From contig CM126204.1 in the NCBI GenBank assembly GCA_052327205.1, positions 148,118,001 through 148,182,000 on the forward strand: a stretch of DNA of 64,000 bases, read 5' to 3'. The position numbers and the translations under genes were made by a program. The number at the start of each line of letters is the position of its first letter. The stretch's first letter is position 1. Below the pieces are notes generated by a model, which was not told the origin of the DNA, did no database searches, and was given only the letters and a program-made list of their open reading frames with translations. This document shows, piece after piece, positions 62,682 to 64,000 of the stretch. Source of the stretch: Somniosus microcephalus (taxonomy: Eukaryota).

Positions 62682-64000
62682 GCTTGTCGACGCCGAGGCA
62701 CTATTGAATGGCTGATGTTACCTAGAGTAAAAACACAAGTTAACTGAATTGTTACAACAGTATTATTAAATTAACATATGGAAAAGCTGTACTGTTTTAG
62801 TAACAAACACTACTGAACTAGCTACTGTATATATGGTGTTTCCATAGGTACTAGAACTCAATTACTACTCAGGTTCTAAAATCCTCTATTAACACATCCA
62901 AAGTCCTTCTCTTATCACTGCTCAACAGGGAGATGAGGGTGGAGTTGAATCGGTCACAGCACTAGCATTGATCTCAGTTGCACTGCTGTGGGAGGTGCCA
63001 AGTTTAAGCCAAGTTTCTCCCACTCACTCATCTCTGAGCCACCTCCATGCATCACGTAGCATTAGCTTAAGTGACATTGCTGGGTTTAACAGCAGGTCAC
63101 CGAAACCTGCTGTGGCAGTCGGCCCATGGTCAAGCAATGTAATTCATACTCTCACCACCTAGAAAGCCAGTTACAATATATTAAAAAAAGGCTACTACAG
63201 TAAACAGTAGGTAACTTCATGATTATTACTTATGCAGGAGGCAATCACTAATCAAATATCCAGTTTAACTTTCCTAAATTAATAAAGAACACACTCCTGT
63301 CTTGATGGAAAACTCCACAATTTTTAAAGAATATTTGGTAAAATTCTGATATTTCTCCTCAGCAAGCATGTAAAAGAAAATCTCTATACAATTTCTACAT
63401 CAATGCTTGAATACTATAACAGCTAATGCAAGTCCCAACACCCAGTGCCTTGACTCAAACCTTTTCAGATACTTACAAAGTGATCCAAGCTTTTTGCTTA
63501 CTACAGCTGAGAAAATAAAACTTCAAAATTGCCACGTAACCACAGTCTGTCTGAAGTTACGATTCAAACTGCAGTAAAGTACCACCACCTGTATAAAAGA
63601 CAATGTATTGTAATATCATTGCCAAAATGAGGTTGGCAGTTATAAAAGTACTGAATTTATATTTGGGTGCCAAAAAGCATGTGGTGGTGGCCTATTCAGA
63701 GCCATTTGTCTTTCCATACTTGTACTTCAGTGCCACTGCAATACAGTTCTTAAGTATATAATTTCTTTACATTTTATTAAGTATATCAGTAACAAATGTC
63801 CTGTTAATACTAAACCTGCAGGTAGGCAGAAGATAATGCTATCACAGGACGAGTATCTCTGCATTTACATCAATGACGTGACTTTTTAAATTAAACTGCA
63901 GCTGGGATATCTGGCTTATAAATTGCAATCCTGCATTGTAATTTAGTCATTATTCAGTTTTAATCCAAACACTAAAAATTATGAGAAAAACTGAAAATGG

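Overview
Eukaryotic, AT-rich, repeat-dense vertebrate DNA, most likely from a cartilaginous fish (shark). That assignment is inferred from HE1/V-SINE-like and SacSINE1/Deu-SINE-like SINEs and abundant CR1, L2, RTE and Penelope elements. The window is spanned by one minus-strand multi-exon gene that I recognise as GPCPD1 (GDE5, glycerophosphocholine phosphodiesterase: N-terminal CBM20 carbohydrate-binding module plus GDPD catalytic domain). I traced 18 coding exons by hand from the ATG at 62681 to the window edge at position 1. They join in frame to 1812 nt (604 codons), and the 3' end of the gene lies beyond position 1. Exon numbers below assume a non-coding exon 1 outside the window, as in mammals. 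Most ORF-track entries are transposon fragments or noise. The most notable observations are: (1) a CpG/CCAAT/ETS-rich, apparently bidirectional promoter inside intron 6, with an in-phase candidate alternative first exon that would replace the CBM20 domain with a hydrophobic leader; (2) an inverted copy of exon 3 sequence in intron 2 that could base-pair with exon 3, which also uses a non-canonical GC donor; (3) a tandem partial duplicate of exon 8; and (4) a young Penelope element with an 11-bp target duplication, a fold-back hairpin at its 5' junction and hammerhead ribozyme motifs. All homology calls come from recognition, not from database searches.
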